This document shows positions 10,762 to 20,697 of a DNA stretch of 64,000 nucleotides, in pieces. Every line of letters starts with the position of its first letter. Positions within the stretch are counted from its first letter, which is position 1. A program made the translations under genes and the position numbers. The stretch comes from a bacterium (GTDB lineage: Archaea > Thermoplasmatota > E2 > JACPAO01 > JAHFTW01). Under the pieces are notes generated by a model that made no database searches, was not told the origin of the DNA, and worked only from the letters and a program-made list of their open reading frames with translations. The stretch spans positions 474,930-538,929 of the forward strand of contig JAZJZE010000009.1 of assembly GCA_040390065.1 (NCBI GenBank), given 5' to 3'.

Positions 10762-11735
10762 CAGGCGCCCTCTTGGCAGACCAGGTGCGTTGCGAAGTCG
10801 TGTGCCTGGAAGGTCCAGTGGACCGGCGGCGGAACCGGGGCGGTGGCGTTGTCCGGGGTTTCCTGGACGATGAGTTCCAGCACCACGGGGCTCGTCTCGC
10901 AGCGGCCGACATGCCCAGGCCACCAGGCCGCCATTGCGTCCCGCGAGAAACCGAGCGTCGCATGGGCGGAGGCGGTGCCGCCGGCCGGGATGCGCAATGT
11001 CGTGTCCGAGGTACCGGAGGCCACGGCGTTGCCGGCAAGGTCGAGGGCGGCATCGATGCCGCGCACCACGACGACATCGGCACCAGGGTTGCGCAGTCGC
11101 AGGTTCACGTCCAGGGATCCGTTTCGCCAGCTGGCCGTGGCCGCGTCGAGGCAGACCTCCGCATGCCCGTCGGCACAGTTGTGCGCAGCGGCCGCGACGG
11201 TGTCCGCCAGGTTTCCCGTCCAAGCGTTGGAGATGGAGAACGGCGGCGACTGGCCCGCGCCTCCATCGGCGACTTCGACGAGGCCCTTGATGGACAGGTC
11301 CGACGATTCGTCTGCGGCCACGTATGCATCCCACCAGGCGGGCACGAAGTTGGCGCCGAGAGGCACGACGAACCACAAAGAGGTCTGCTGGGCGGGGGCC
11401 AGGTCCACGCCCGTCGGCACCTTGGCGGCGGCGATGCTGCGCCCATGCGAGAAGGCTTCGTAGGTCACGGCGGTGGCGCGCCCGGGCATGGTCCCGTTGG
11501 ATTGCAAGACGAGAGTGACCACGATGTGCCGCGCGGCGGGGTCGGTCGTGTCCCAGCGCGCTTGCACGGCAGCCACGCGGAACGCCGAGGGCATCTCCTG
11601 GGACGTCGTGCTGGTCGACGGTACCGAACGCGACTCGGCAGCGGGTCCGCCGTTGCCGGTGTACACGACCACCAGGACGAGGAGGCCGAAGAGGGCCAGG
11701 AAACTGATTAGGACGGCATTCACGAATTGGGTCAA
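10761..11735 (-). CDS. Membrane-anchored protein with tandem LEA_2/WHy-like domains
   Basis: N-terminal TM; two repeats with LQSNG / LRNPG and the AWW..(Y/H)V...E pattern. Confidence 0.55.
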   Translation of the reverse strand: MTQFVNAVLISFLALFGLLVLVVVYTGNGGPAAESRSVPSTSTTSQEMPSAFRVAAVQARWDTTDPAARHIVVTLVLQSNGTMPGRATAVTYEAFSHGRSIAAAKVPTGVDLAPAQQTSLWFVVPLGANFVPAWWDAYVAADESSDLSIKGLVEVADGGAGQSPPFSISNAWTGNLADTVAAAAHNCADGHAEVCLDAATASWRNGSLDVNLRLRNPGADVVVVRGIDAALDLAGNAVASGTSDTTLRIPAGGTASAHATLGFSRDAMAAWWPGHVGRCETSPVVLELIVQETPDNATAPVPPPVHWTFQAHDFATHLVCQEGA

Positions 11736-11963
11736 GGGTCATCCCTTTGCGGCGCCTTGCCGGCGGGTCCGCGGCGCGAAGGCCGCGTGCAAGGGCACCA
11801 TCAATGCTGTCCTTTTCGATGGTCCCCCAGATTGAAAGTCTTGTCGAAGACCGCCACTCTCGATTGCCGCAAACAGCAACCCGACGCGCAAACATCCGAT
11901 GGCCGGCCCCGAAAGGGGGCTCCAATCCGCCGTTTCCGTGCGGTTGTTTGCCGTGATGCGAAC

Positions 11964-13052
11964 TCAGCAGCGTACTTGGGCCACCGGCGTGGCGCTGGAG
12001 CCGCGACCATCCGTGATGGCACGGGCACCTGCGGCGTACGCGGCAAGGGCCGCATCACTCGAATCGGCCGGCCAGTCGAGGTCGCGGTGGCTCTCGATCT
12101 CGTACTTGGCATCGTTGAACCACACGAAACCGCGGATGCGGCCGTAGCTGTGGAGTTTGGCATACATGTCGCCAATCCAGGCGGCCTTGTCGCCGCCGCG
12201 CTCGGTCGACGCGGTTTCGGCGATCAACAGCGGTTTTGTCGTCGCGGCTGTGACGGCGCAGTAGGAGTCATGGAAGATGTCGTCGAAGGATTGCCAGCCC
12301 CAGTTCGCATTGGCGCCCCAGTTGTAGCCGTCGATGGCGACGAAGTCCACGTATGCGTCACCGGGATACGCGTTCGTGAAGGTGGCCCCCTGCCCGAGGC
12401 TGAAGTGGTTGACCGCCCAGACGAAGCGGACGTCGCTCCCGCAGCGGTTCGTGAAGGCGTCGTGGACCTTGATCCAGGCGCGGCGGTAGTTGTCGATGGA
12501 GTTCGGCGTGTGGCCCTGGCCGTCCTTCCAAGTGATGCCCCAGGCGAACCAGAATCCGTTCATCTCGTGCAGCGTGCGGACGAGGATGGGTTGTTGCGCG
12601 GCATGGGCGGCCTGGCACGTCCCTTCGGCGAATTCGGCGACGTAGTCGTCCATCGCCATGCGGCGTCCGTCGCGCAGGGGAATCTGCTTGTGGCCGTCGA
12701 GGATGTCGACCGTGGTGAGTCCCTGCGGCTCCCAGGTCAGGACGGGCACGGCGCCACGCGATGCGATGTGGTGCAAGGTGTGGCTGACATTGGCAAACGG
12801 CGTGTTCCAGTCCAGGTAGACGTCCACGACGTCGAGGCGGACGCCTGCCTTGTCTTGGAATTGGTCGATGGCAGGGTTGCCGTCGGCCGGCCAGGAACCC
12901 AGCCAAGCGCCGACCACGACCTCGCCGCTGTCGAGTGCTTCCCAGCCATGGTGATCCGGGAGCCTCCAGAGGACGCAGCCGGAACTCGCGATGGCGAGCG
13001 CGACCTGGATGGCCGCGACGACGGCGATAGGCAGGCGCGCATGCGCGGTCAC
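11964..13052 (-). CDS. Exported glycoside hydrolase family 26 (beta-mannanase/lichenase-like)
   Basis: LTWEP, RTLHEMNGFWFAWG (acid/base), YPGDAYVDFVAIDGYN, KPLLIAET (nucleophile); hydrophobic N-terminus ending SSGC; start inferred. Confidence 0.88.
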   Translation of the reverse strand: MTAHARLPIAVVAAIQVALAIASSGCVLWRLPDHHGWEALDSGEVVVGAWLGSWPADGNPAIDQFQDKAGVRLDVVDVYLDWNTPFANVSHTLHHIASRGAVPVLTWEPQGLTTVDILDGHKQIPLRDGRRMAMDDYVAEFAEGTCQAAHAAQQPILVRTLHEMNGFWFAWGITWKDGQGHTPNSIDNYRRAWIKVHDAFTNRCGSDVRFVWAVNHFSLGQGATFTNAYPGDAYVDFVAIDGYNWGANANWGWQSFDDIFHDSYCAVTAATTKPLLIAETASTERGGDKAAWIGDMYAKLHSYGRIRGFVWFNDAKYEIESHRDLDWPADSSDAALAAYAAGARAITDGRGSSATPVAQVRC

Positions 13053-13198
13053 GGAGCTTGCAGAGGGCGCCAAACGTTCCTCACCCAAAGTCGAGGGCCG
13101 CCCGATTCGGCCGTTGCGTCGCAGGCAATGGACCATGCAAGGACGGCCGGATGCCGCATGGCCAAGCGTTATGCCGCACCAACGACAGAACAACGGCC

Positions 13199-13366
13199 AT
13201 GGAGCCCAATCCGCGCGAATGCCTGTTCTGCCACGACGACCTGCCCATCGTGCCCGGCGAACCCGTGAACATCGCGTTCTTGTCGCACCTGGAGCGCCGC
13301 GAGGAGTGCGGCGAAGCCTTCGAGGTCTGGAAAAGCAACATGCAATCGGACTATCTGGGCTACTAG
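13199..13366 (+). CDS. 55-aa putative zinc-binding microprotein
   Basis: CLFC...FLSHL...EC..AF..W pattern resembling haloarchaeal small Zn proteins; fills the intergenic gap. Confidence 0.65.
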   Translation: MEPNPRECLFCHDDLPIVPGEPVNIAFLSHLERREECGEAFEVWKSNMQSDYLGY

Positions 13367-13851
13367 CCAGCCATCGCCCGGATGCGTTCCGGAGCGTGCC
13401 AGTCTAGCAGGAGCGCTGCCACCGCGGGCGGCACATGTTTTCGCCAGGCGGGGTCGTCCTCCGCCATGAGGCGGCGGATCGCGGTGCCCTCCCATTCGTC
13501 GCGGCGCTCAAGGCCCGGTCGCGCGACGTCGACGTGCGCGGCCTCGAAGAGACTCTGCGAGTTGTCGTCGTTGCCGTAGACGCGGTCCACGGCGCCCGTG
13601 ATGGCCAGCAGGTGCGCCACCCAGGCTTCGCGGTCATGGATGTCCGGGACCGCGAAGACCGGCACGCCCGGGAACACAGCCTGCAGCATGGCCTTGCGTT
13701 CCTCGAACGAGAAGGGATTGCGGGCATTCGGTTTGGCGTTCGTCGACCCCACCGCGATGACGACTGTGCCGCATTGCTCGCGCGCCTGTTGGATGAGGTG
13801 GACGTGGCCGATGTGCAGCGGCTGGAAGCGTCCGACGACGAGGCCACGCAT
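13363..13851 (-). CDS. nadM: Nicotinamide-nucleotide adenylyltransferase
   Basis: VGRFQPLHIGH, AVGS, NPFSFEER, GTAIR, W..HVP. Confidence 0.85.
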   Translation of the reverse strand: MRGLVVGRFQPLHIGHVHLIQQAREQCGTVVIAVGSTNAKPNARNPFSFEERKAMLQAVFPGVPVFAVPDIHDREAWVAHLLAITGAVDRVYGNDDNSQSLFEAAHVDVARPGLERRDEWEGTAIRRLMAEDDPAWRKHVPPAVAALLLDWHAPERIRAMAG

Positions 13852-13900
13852 GGTTGCGCCTCCGGATGGAGTCGATGCGTTATGGTCCTTGCCGGCGCCG

Positions 13901-15961
13901 CTAGACCGTCGGAACGGGCTTCGGCGTCTTCACCGCAAGGGATGGGCTGCGGCCCTGCTCGGACTTGGGCGTCATCTCGTTGCGCTGCCCGCCGAGGGCC
14001 TCCAGCTTGCGCAGGAGCTCCTTCTTCTCGGGGCAATCCACCAACGCCGCCTCGAGGACGTCGTTCAAGGTGATGCAGGGGATGACCTTGATCTTGTCGC
14101 GGTACTCGTCCTCGATGAGCACGTCGATGAGGTTCGCCTCGGGGATGAGGACGGTGCGGATGCCAATCTTGGCCGCCGCTTCGATCTTGGCGGTGACCCC
14201 ACCCACCGGCAGGACGCGGCCGTGCACCGACAGCGAACCCGTCATGGCAAGGTCCTGGCGGATCTTGACGCGGCTCATGGCAGACAGCACGGCCGTCGCG
14301 ATGGAGACGCTGGCGGAGTCGCCCTCGACGCCTTCGTGGGCCAGCACGAACTGGATATGCACGTCGTGGTTGGACACGTCCTCGCCGAGGAACTTCTTGA
14401 AGATGGCCGAGATGTTCTGCACGGCCTCCTTGGCGATGTCGCCGAGCTTGCCGGTCGCGATGATCTTGCCTTCGCCGCGGGACGAGGCAGGGGTCACTTC
14501 GGACACGATGGGCATGACGATGCCGGAGTGTTCGCTCATCGAGGCGTCCGCGCTGAAGACGGCCAGCCCGTTGACCATGCCGACGGCGGCGCCTTCGACG
14601 TTGATGAGTTGGTACTTCTGCTTGTGCTCGATGTGGCGGTCGTAGATCTGCTGCTCGAGACTGCGGGCGACCGACTTGGCCTTGAGGATGTGCGCCGCCG
14701 TGGTGACGGTCGCCTGCTCCTCCTTCGCCATGTCGCCGGCCACGCGCACGAGGCCTCCGAGCTCACGAAGCCGGAGGGTGAGCTTGCCTTTCTGGCCGCT
14801 GCGGCGCTGGGCCTCGTGGATGATCTCCGCGACGCCACCCTTGTCGAAGTGGGCGATCTTGCCGTCGCGGTGGACTTCCTGGGCGACGAAGCGGACGAGT
14901 TTACGGCGGTTCTCGTCCGTGTCGTCCATCTGGTCGCGCACGTAGACCTCGTAGCCGTAGCCGCGGATGCGCGAACGCAAGGCGGGATGCATGCCCTGCA
15001 GGGCGTCGACGTTGCCGGCCGCGACCAGGATGAAGTTGCAAGGCACGGGTTCCGTCTTGACCATGGCGCCCGAGCTGCGTTCGCTCTGGCCCGTGATCTG
15101 GAACCGGCGCTCCTGGATGGCCGTGAGAAGATGTTGCTGGCTCTGCAGGCCGAGCGTGTTGATCTCGTCGATGTAGAGAACACCGCGGTTCGCCTTGTGG
15201 ATGGCGCCAGCCTCGACCCGGTCGTGCGCAGGCGTCTCGAGCCCGCCTGCCTGGAACGGGTCATGGCGCACGTCGCCAAGCAGCGCGCCCGAGTGCGCGG
15301 CGGTCGCGTCGATGAAGGGCGCCACTTCGTCCGGGTCGTGCCCGACGAGCAGCTTCGGCGTCATCTGAACGGTGCGGCCGGCGCCCATTGCGGGCGAGCG
15401 GCCGAAGAGGTAGAGCATGAGCGCGATGCCGATGGCGATGAGGGCGATGGTGGCGTTGTGCTGGATGACCGCCAGCCAGATGCCGAGCGCGATGATGCCA
15501 AGCATGAAGATGTTGAGCATGACGCTGCGTTGTTCCTGGCGCTTGCGCGCCTCGAACTTCTGCGCATCGACGATCTCCTTGCCCTTGCCGGCCGGGACGA
15601 CGCGGATGCGCGGCGTGTTCGGGTCCTCCTGGTTGGGGTAGGCGATGACGTCCTCCAGCTCTTCCTTCGGCAGGAATTCGGTCATGGCCCGCGCGAGCAT
15701 GGACTTGCCCGTGCCCGGGTCGCCGATCAGCATGACGTGGCGCTTCTGCTCGCCGGCCTTGCGCACGACGGTGACGGCGTGGTCCTGGCCGATGACCTGC
15801 TCGATGAGCTTCTGGGGGACGGCGATGTCCGCCGTGGTGGTAAATGGCTCCGCCAGGATCCATTCCGAGGGCGGCGGCAGGCTGGCAGCAGGCTCTGGGA
15901 CGGCGACCTTCGTCTGGTTTGAACCGCCCTCCTTGGGGGCAGGAACGGCCGGGTCGCTCAT
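13901..15961 (-). CDS. lonB: Archaeal membrane-anchored Lon protease
   Basis: Walker A GDPGTGKS, two TMs inserted in the AAA+ domain, [21 protein letters not shown]. Confidence 0.96.
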   Translation of the reverse strand: MSDPAVPAPKEGGSNQTKVAVPEPAASLPPPSEWILAEPFTTTADIAVPQKLIEQVIGQDHAVTVVRKAGEQKRHVMLIGDPGTGKSMLARAMTEFLPKEELEDVIAYPNQEDPNTPRIRVVPAGKGKEIVDAQKFEARKRQEQRSVMLNIFMLGIIALGIWLAVIQHNATIALIAIGIALMLYLFGRSPAMGAGRTVQMTPKLLVGHDPDEVAPFIDATAAHSGALLGDVRHDPFQAGGLETPAHDRVEAGAIHKANRGVLYIDEINTLGLQSQQHLLTAIQERRFQITGQSERSSGAMVKTEPVPCNFILVAAGNVDALQGMHPALRSRIRGYGYEVYVRDQMDDTDENRRKLVRFVAQEVHRDGKIAHFDKGGVAEIIHEAQRRSGQKGKLTLRLRELGGLVRVAGDMAKEEQATVTTAAHILKAKSVARSLEQQIYDRHIEHKQKYQLINVEGAAVGMVNGLAVFSADASMSEHSGIVMPIVSEVTPASSRGEGKIIATGKLGDIAKEAVQNISAIFKKFLGEDVSNHDVHIQFVLAHEGVEGDSASVSIATAVLSAMSRVKIRQDLAMTGSLSVHGRVLPVGGVTAKIEAAAKIGIRTVLIPEANLIDVLIEDEYRDKIKVIPCITLNDVLEAALVDCPEKKELLRKLEALGGQRNEMTPKSEQGRSPSLAVKTPKPVPTV

Positions 15962-16249
15962 GGGGATTTCTTGATGGAGGAAGAACATTTAAGGGCGGAT
16001 GTTGGGGCCAGAAAAGGCCACCGGTGGGGCAAAGCGAAGGCCACCTCGGGGCTGCCCCTGAGCCCCTTTACCTCCTGGCGGCGGATACCCTTCTTGCCTC
16101 GGTCGAAACTCCTGCCGCGGTACAAGAATGGACGTTCGGGCACGACCATTCAACTATCTTGCCAGAAGCCTTATCCCTCCGGAAAGCGCCCACATGGTCT
16201 GGAGTCTTTGGCTCCGCAAGAAAGGACTGCCTGCAAGAGAACTGAAACC

Positions 16250-16735
16250 ATGCGAACCCGACTGCTGACCCAACTCGTTGAAGCGCCGAACCTCGACTAC
16301 GTGGAGAACTTCCAGGTCCTCTCCGCCCTGAACCTCGAGATCCGCCGCCATGGGCCTAGCGCCGAACGCATGCTTCGCAAGGCCATGCTCGAAATGGGCG
16401 TCGGCAACTACGCCGCCTGCCTGTCCGCAGCGCTCGACGCGCAAGCCATGGACCCGGCCAGCCCCGAGACGCACTACCAGGTCGGCCTGGCGAACTTCCT
16501 CATCGCACTCGCGCGCTCCGGCGCCGTCCCCGGCGGACCCGGCATGGGCCATCCAGCGGACGATGAGCCAGCGTCGCGCTTGCTGGCCAAGTCCATCGAA
16601 GCCTTCCGCGAGGCCGTGCGCGTCAACCCCGGCGACGACGAGACGGCCCAAGACGTGGCCATCCTGCAGCAGTTGCAGGTCGATTGCGACACGGAATCCA
16701 AGCTTCTCACAGCGCTGCGCCGCAGCCTGAAGTAA
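16250..16735 (+). CDS. TPR-like repeat protein
   Basis: AQAMDPASPETHYQVG and AFREAVRVNPGD TPR patterns. Confidence 0.6.
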   Translation: MRTRLLTQLVEAPNLDYVENFQVLSALNLEIRRHGPSAERMLRKAMLEMGVGNYAACLSAALDAQAMDPASPETHYQVGLANFLIALARSGAVPGGPGMGHPADDEPASRLLAKSIEAFREAVRVNPGDDETAQDVAILQQLQVDCDTESKLLTALRRSLK

Positions 16736-16809
16736 GACCCGGACGCGCAGGGCCCTTCGAAATCTCGGACAAGGCGTTCCCACGGTCTTGAGCGGCTTGC
16801 CTTTGTCCG

Positions 16810-16977
16810 AGGCAACGGCGGCCTCGGAGAACCGGAACCAACCGGAGAACGGGAAACGCGTTCCGATTCTCTCCAATTGGTTCCTGTTGGCCCAGGTTGC
16901 CCGCACTCGGCCACGCGGCCACCTCCCGCCGATTGCCGCCGTCGGAGGTTGACGTGGCCGGTCGCTGCTTGGCCTTG
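16810..16977 (-). repeat. Dispersed structured intergenic repeat, copy 1
   Basis: Reverse-complement match to 44304-44466, with shared blocks of 16/16, 25/26 and 11/11 nt. Confidence 0.85.
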
Positions 16978-17046
16978 GTCGACGAATGCCCCATGGGCTT
17001 GGCTTGACGGGCTTCTGGCGCCGCGCGAGGCATTCCAAATGCTGCG

Positions 17047-18852
17047 TTATGGCGGGGTCACGTACACCCAGTCTTGCCGTGCGTACATGGCGATGCCCGT
17101 GCCGCTCGTGTCGTCCTGGTAGGCCAAGTGGGCAAGGCCGGTCTGGTCGACCCAAGCCCCGATGAGGTCGCCGGCAAAGCGCGCCGCCGGGTCGTCGCCG
17201 TTCTGTTCACAGAACAGACCCGTACAGATATTGCCGGTGTGAACCAAGGGGACGACCGTGTCGTCGATCCACGTCGGCGCAGGCCCGTCGGCGAGCTCTG
17301 CGTGCACCACGTGCAGCGACCAGTCGCCCATGTTGGCGGTCGCGGGAGTGCCAGGCGTGTCACTGCCGTAGTAGACGATGGCGACGTACCGGCCGACACC
17401 CGGAGACCCCGGATAGGCCGTGTCGCCCTCGGTGTGGCTGCCGGCCAGGTCCTCTGGTCCATAGCCGATGTAGGAGTGCGTGATGCTGGCGACCGTCGTC
17501 GGCAGTGCGATGGGGAACTGTTGCCACGTCGCCCCCTCGTCGAAGCTGCGAGCCGCGACGAGCATGCCGGAACCGTCGGCCAAGACCGGGTTCCCTGTCG
17601 TCCACATGCGGCCCTTGTAGATGGAGACCCAGGGGAGGGCCAGCGAGTTCGGCACGCCGATCGGCGTCGGCTCGATGTCGGCAAAGCACGGGTCGACGCG
17701 CAGGAGCGATAGGCCGTAGCCGATCTGCCAGACCTTGTTGTTCACGTCGTCGTAGACGAGGTTGCCGTGCTGGGTGACGGTCTGCGAGGTGGCGCAGTTG
17801 AGGTAGGTGGCGCTGCCGTCGGTCGTCTTCGTCCACTGCGGGTCGGTGAGGCCCTCGCCGCTTTGCACGAAACCCGTGAGGCTGTCCTTGCCGACGATCC
17901 ACATGCGGTCGGTGACGCCGGCCACGGCGTTGTTGTTGCAGGTCCACGTCCACGTGGCTGCGCCGTCTTTGAGGTCGTTGGAGGTGCAGCCGATGGTGGC
18001 GTCGGGGTAGCCCCAGTAGCGGCTGTACCAGACGGAGTTGTCCGGGGCGATGGAGACGGAATCGTCGCTGCCGGATGTGGGCAGGGCGGTCGGCATCTGC
18101 GGGGAGACGTCCTCCCACGTGGCGCCGCCGTCGACGCTCCGGTAGAGAAGCGAGGTGGGTGCGTAGTAGATGATGCCGTTCTTGTCGACGGCGACGTGCG
18201 GCTCGTACCCGCCGGCGGAGACGGGGACCGGTGCACGCCATTGGCGTTCCCAGTGGCCCGGGGGCGGTGCTGGCGGGGTCGGCGGCCACGGGGGCGGTTG
18301 GGCGCCGCTTGCCTCGGGATTCGTGCGCTGCGGGTTGGAGCCGCCGTTCGAGCCCGAGCCGCCGCCCTGGCCGCCCGGCGGCTGCGTGGAATTCGTGGAA
18401 CCCGACGGTGGCGTCTTGACGTCACGAGGCAATGGCTCGAGCAGGAACGTCTCCGTCGCGTTCTCGTCCGTCTGGATCTCATGCGTCTGCGAGATGTAGC
18501 CGGGCGCGCTGGCCGTGATGTTGCCGCGCACCGGAGGCATCATGCGCTCGACAGCACCGTTGAAGGGCGCGACCTTGACGATGTCGGCGGCGCCAAACTG
18601 GTAGCGGCATGTCGCGCCCGCGAGGCCGACGTCCCCGGTCGTGGACTCGATGCGGCAGGTGACGAGGATCCCCGGCTCGATCGCGGTGCCCGTCGTTGTC
18701 GTCGAGGAGGCGGCGACGTGCGTGGACGTCGGCAACGAGTCGCGGTGGCCGCCCCAGGTGGCTAGCGCGGACGCTCCGCCCATGAAGAGAAGGAGCAAAC
18801 AGGCTACGACTAGCCACCGCCGGCGCACAAGACGGACCCAGTGCGGCCTCAT
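17047..18852 (-). CDS. Secreted Asp-box/BNR (sialidase-like) beta-propeller protein with Pro/Gly linker
   Basis: Signal peptide; RSVDGGATW and RSFDEGATW Asp-boxes; GYEP, DRMW, HTGNICTG. Confidence 0.7.
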   Translation of the reverse strand: MRPHWVRLVRRRWLVVACLLLLFMGGASALATWGGHRDSLPTSTHVAASSTTTTGTAIEPGILVTCRIESTTGDVGLAGATCRYQFGAADIVKVAPFNGAVERMMPPVRGNITASAPGYISQTHEIQTDENATETFLLEPLPRDVKTPPSGSTNSTQPPGGQGGGSGSNGGSNPQRTNPEASGAQPPPWPPTPPAPPPGHWERQWRAPVPVSAGGYEPHVAVDKNGIIYYAPTSLLYRSVDGGATWEDVSPQMPTALPTSGSDDSVSIAPDNSVWYSRYWGYPDATIGCTSNDLKDGAATWTWTCNNNAVAGVTDRMWIVGKDSLTGFVQSGEGLTDPQWTKTTDGSATYLNCATSQTVTQHGNLVYDDVNNKVWQIGYGLSLLRVDPCFADIEPTPIGVPNSLALPWVSIYKGRMWTTGNPVLADGSGMLVAARSFDEGATWQQFPIALPTTVASITHSYIGYGPEDLAGSHTEGDTAYPGSPGVGRYVAIVYYGSDTPGTPATANMGDWSLHVVHAELADGPAPTWIDDTVVPLVHTGNICTGLFCEQNGDDPAARFAGDLIGAWVDQTGLAHLAYQDDTSGTGIAMYARQDWVYVTPP

Positions 18853-18925
18853 ATGAAGATTCCGGCCTTTCCACTCCAGGCGAAGGCGGGGTTGGGGCGC
18901 GGGAGTGGGCCGGGGGGAGCCATCG

Positions 18926-19324
18926 CTATTGGGCGGGCGGCTCGTCCTCGCCCAGCTTCTTGCCGACCGTCTTCTCGACGCGACCGACCTGGACCTTCAC
19001 CCAGTCGTCGACGTTCTCGATGAGGTGCTCCCACGACTTCGGGCTCTTGGTCTTGATGAAGTCCGCCGTCGCCGCCGCCTCGTCCTTGTAGCGCGCCTTC
19101 AGGACCTTGTACTGCCGGAATGCACCCCGCATCTGGCCCTGGACCGCCTGCTCGATCTCATGCAGGTAGTCCTCGGCGTCCTTGCGGATGCGCGGCTCGC
19201 GCGGCCCCGGGTACACGATGAGGACTTCCTCGCCGGCATACTCCGAAAGACCGGAGACCTGCCCGTTTGGGCTGACCTTCTTCGTGCCGAGGATCTTGCC
19301 CTCACTGCCGATGTCGATCTTCAT
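18926..19324 (-). CDS. AbrB/DUF2080-like domain protein with helical C-terminus
   Basis: KKVSPNGQVSGLSEYAGEEVLIV swapped-hairpin-like pattern; host-like codon usage. Confidence 0.5.
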   Translation of the reverse strand: MKIDIGSEGKILGTKKVSPNGQVSGLSEYAGEEVLIVYPGPREPRIRKDAEDYLHEIEQAVQGQMRGAFRQYKVLKARYKDEAAATADFIKTKSPKSWEHLIENVDDWVKVQVGRVEKTVGKKLGEDEPPAQ

Positions 19325-19392
19325 GTGGGCACCTGTGGATGGCTGTGCGATGGGCTGGCCTGATTTATAGGACATGGGGAGGTGGCCGCTTC

Positions 19393-19863
19393 GTGGACTC
19401 TCCGCGACGCCTGCCGCGAGCCGCACTCGCAGCACCCGTCCTGGCATTGCTTCTGGACTGCGTGTTCCCCATCGGCGTGCCACATTTTCTCGACCCGCCG
19501 GGCACGTACATCGTCTGGGGCGCGCTTGCCGGTTCGCTTGCCATCGAGGCGGCCTTTGCGGGCGAAATCGCCGACCGCGTCCTTGCCGCCGAGCCCTGGG
19601 CGACCGAGCCACGTCGCCTCGTCTACTGCCTGGTCGTCGCCGCCGCGGCCACCGCCCTCAGCGCCGTCACGTGGCCGACCGTCATCCGGCTCTGGTTGAG
19701 CGGCGCAGACGCAGACGTGCCGCGGCCGTCGATCGGCGGGCCTGCGAGCCAGTTCGCCGTGGGCATCCATCTCGTCGGACTCGCCGGGTCGGCCGGCATC
19801 ATGTTCATGACCTCCCAGATCGCCGCACGGCGCCGCAAGCGCGAAGCCGCGCCGCAAACCTGA
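19393..19863 (+). CDS. Hypothetical membrane protein (about 4 TM)
   Basis: TTTATA at 19364-19369, ~25 nt before the GTG; hydrophobic segments; TGATG-coupled to next gene. Confidence 0.6.
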   Translation: MDSPRRLPRAALAAPVLALLLDCVFPIGVPHFLDPPGTYIVWGALAGSLAIEAAFAGEIADRVLAAEPWATEPRRLVYCLVVAAAATALSAVTWPTVIRLWLSGADADVPRPSIGGPASQFAVGIHLVGLAGSAGIMFMTSQIAARRRKREAAPQT

Positions 19864-20675
19864 TGGACGCACAACCCCTCGAACCGGTCGTGCCCCCGCC
19901 TGAAGCCCGCCTGCGCCTTGGGCAATGCGACGTCCTCGTCGTCGGCACCATCGCGGGCTTCGTCCCCGATGCGGCCCGCATCGACGCGGCCTTCGCCGCG
20001 CACCGACCCGACCGCGTGGCCCTCGGCATCCCGCCAGAGGACCTGGCGACCCTGGGGACGCTTGCGTCGGCCCCGCAGCCCGAAGCCCTGATCGGCGCCC
20101 ACCAAGCGCCGCCCTCCGCGGGGCGCCGGCGCATGAGCGATCCGGGGGCCGGCGCGGCCGGCATCGAAGCCCTGTCCGACCCCCGCCCGCGCACCATGCC
20201 GCGCCTGGACGCAGGCGACGACCGTCCAATCGCCGGCCTCGATGCCGCCTCGGTCCGGCTGCTCGAGCTGCTCGGTCGTTTCGGCCCCACGCGCATCCCC
20301 AGCCCAGACCTCGAGTCGGCCCATCGCCTCGCCGCTGCGGCGGCGGTGCCGCTGGTCGCAATCGACCTGGACGACGCCGCGCACGCGGAAGCCTTCACGC
20401 GGCTCGTCAAGGTGCGCCACCTCATCCGTTCCAACAGCCGCGAGAAGAAACTGCTCGCCGAGGAGTTCGCCGCGGCGCCGGACGCGTATGCGCTTGCCGC
20501 CGCATGGGACGCGCAACAGACGCGCGTCAAGCCCCTTGCAGCCATCGAGCGGCTGCGCGAACAGCACATGGCCGTCCGCCTGCGCGAACTTGCGGGCCGC
20601 TCGGCGCGGCTCTTGGCCATCCTTCCCGCCACGCGCATGGCCGGCGTCGCGCGCGACATTGGCGAAGGGATTTGA
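19863..20675 (+). CDS. Hypothetical protein, possibly TraB/PrgY-like fold
   Basis: VLVVGT, PDRVALGI, VPLVAID and REQHMA..L patterns. Confidence 0.5.
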   Translation: MDAQPLEPVVPPPEARLRLGQCDVLVVGTIAGFVPDAARIDAAFAAHRPDRVALGIPPEDLATLGTLASAPQPEALIGAHQAPPSAGRRRMSDPGAGAAGIEALSDPRPRTMPRLDAGDDRPIAGLDAASVRLLELLGRFGPTRIPSPDLESAHRLAAAAAVPLVAIDLDDAAHAEAFTRLVKVRHLIRSNSREKKLLAEEFAAAPDAYALAAAWDAQQTRVKPLAAIERLREQHMAVRLRELAGRSARLLAILPATRMAGVARDIGEGI

Positions 20676-20697
20676 CCAGGCATCGGCTTGTTGCTTC

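Noticed and set aside
11900-11960. GGCAAAC on the minus strand as a c-di-GMP-I riboswitch
   Set aside because: The downstream GACGCAAAG and second stem are missing
15962-16249. N-terminal extensions of LonB and the TPR ORF, or an ncRNA in this spacer
   Set aside because: Contains a TTTAAG TATA-like box and is best read as a divergent promoter region
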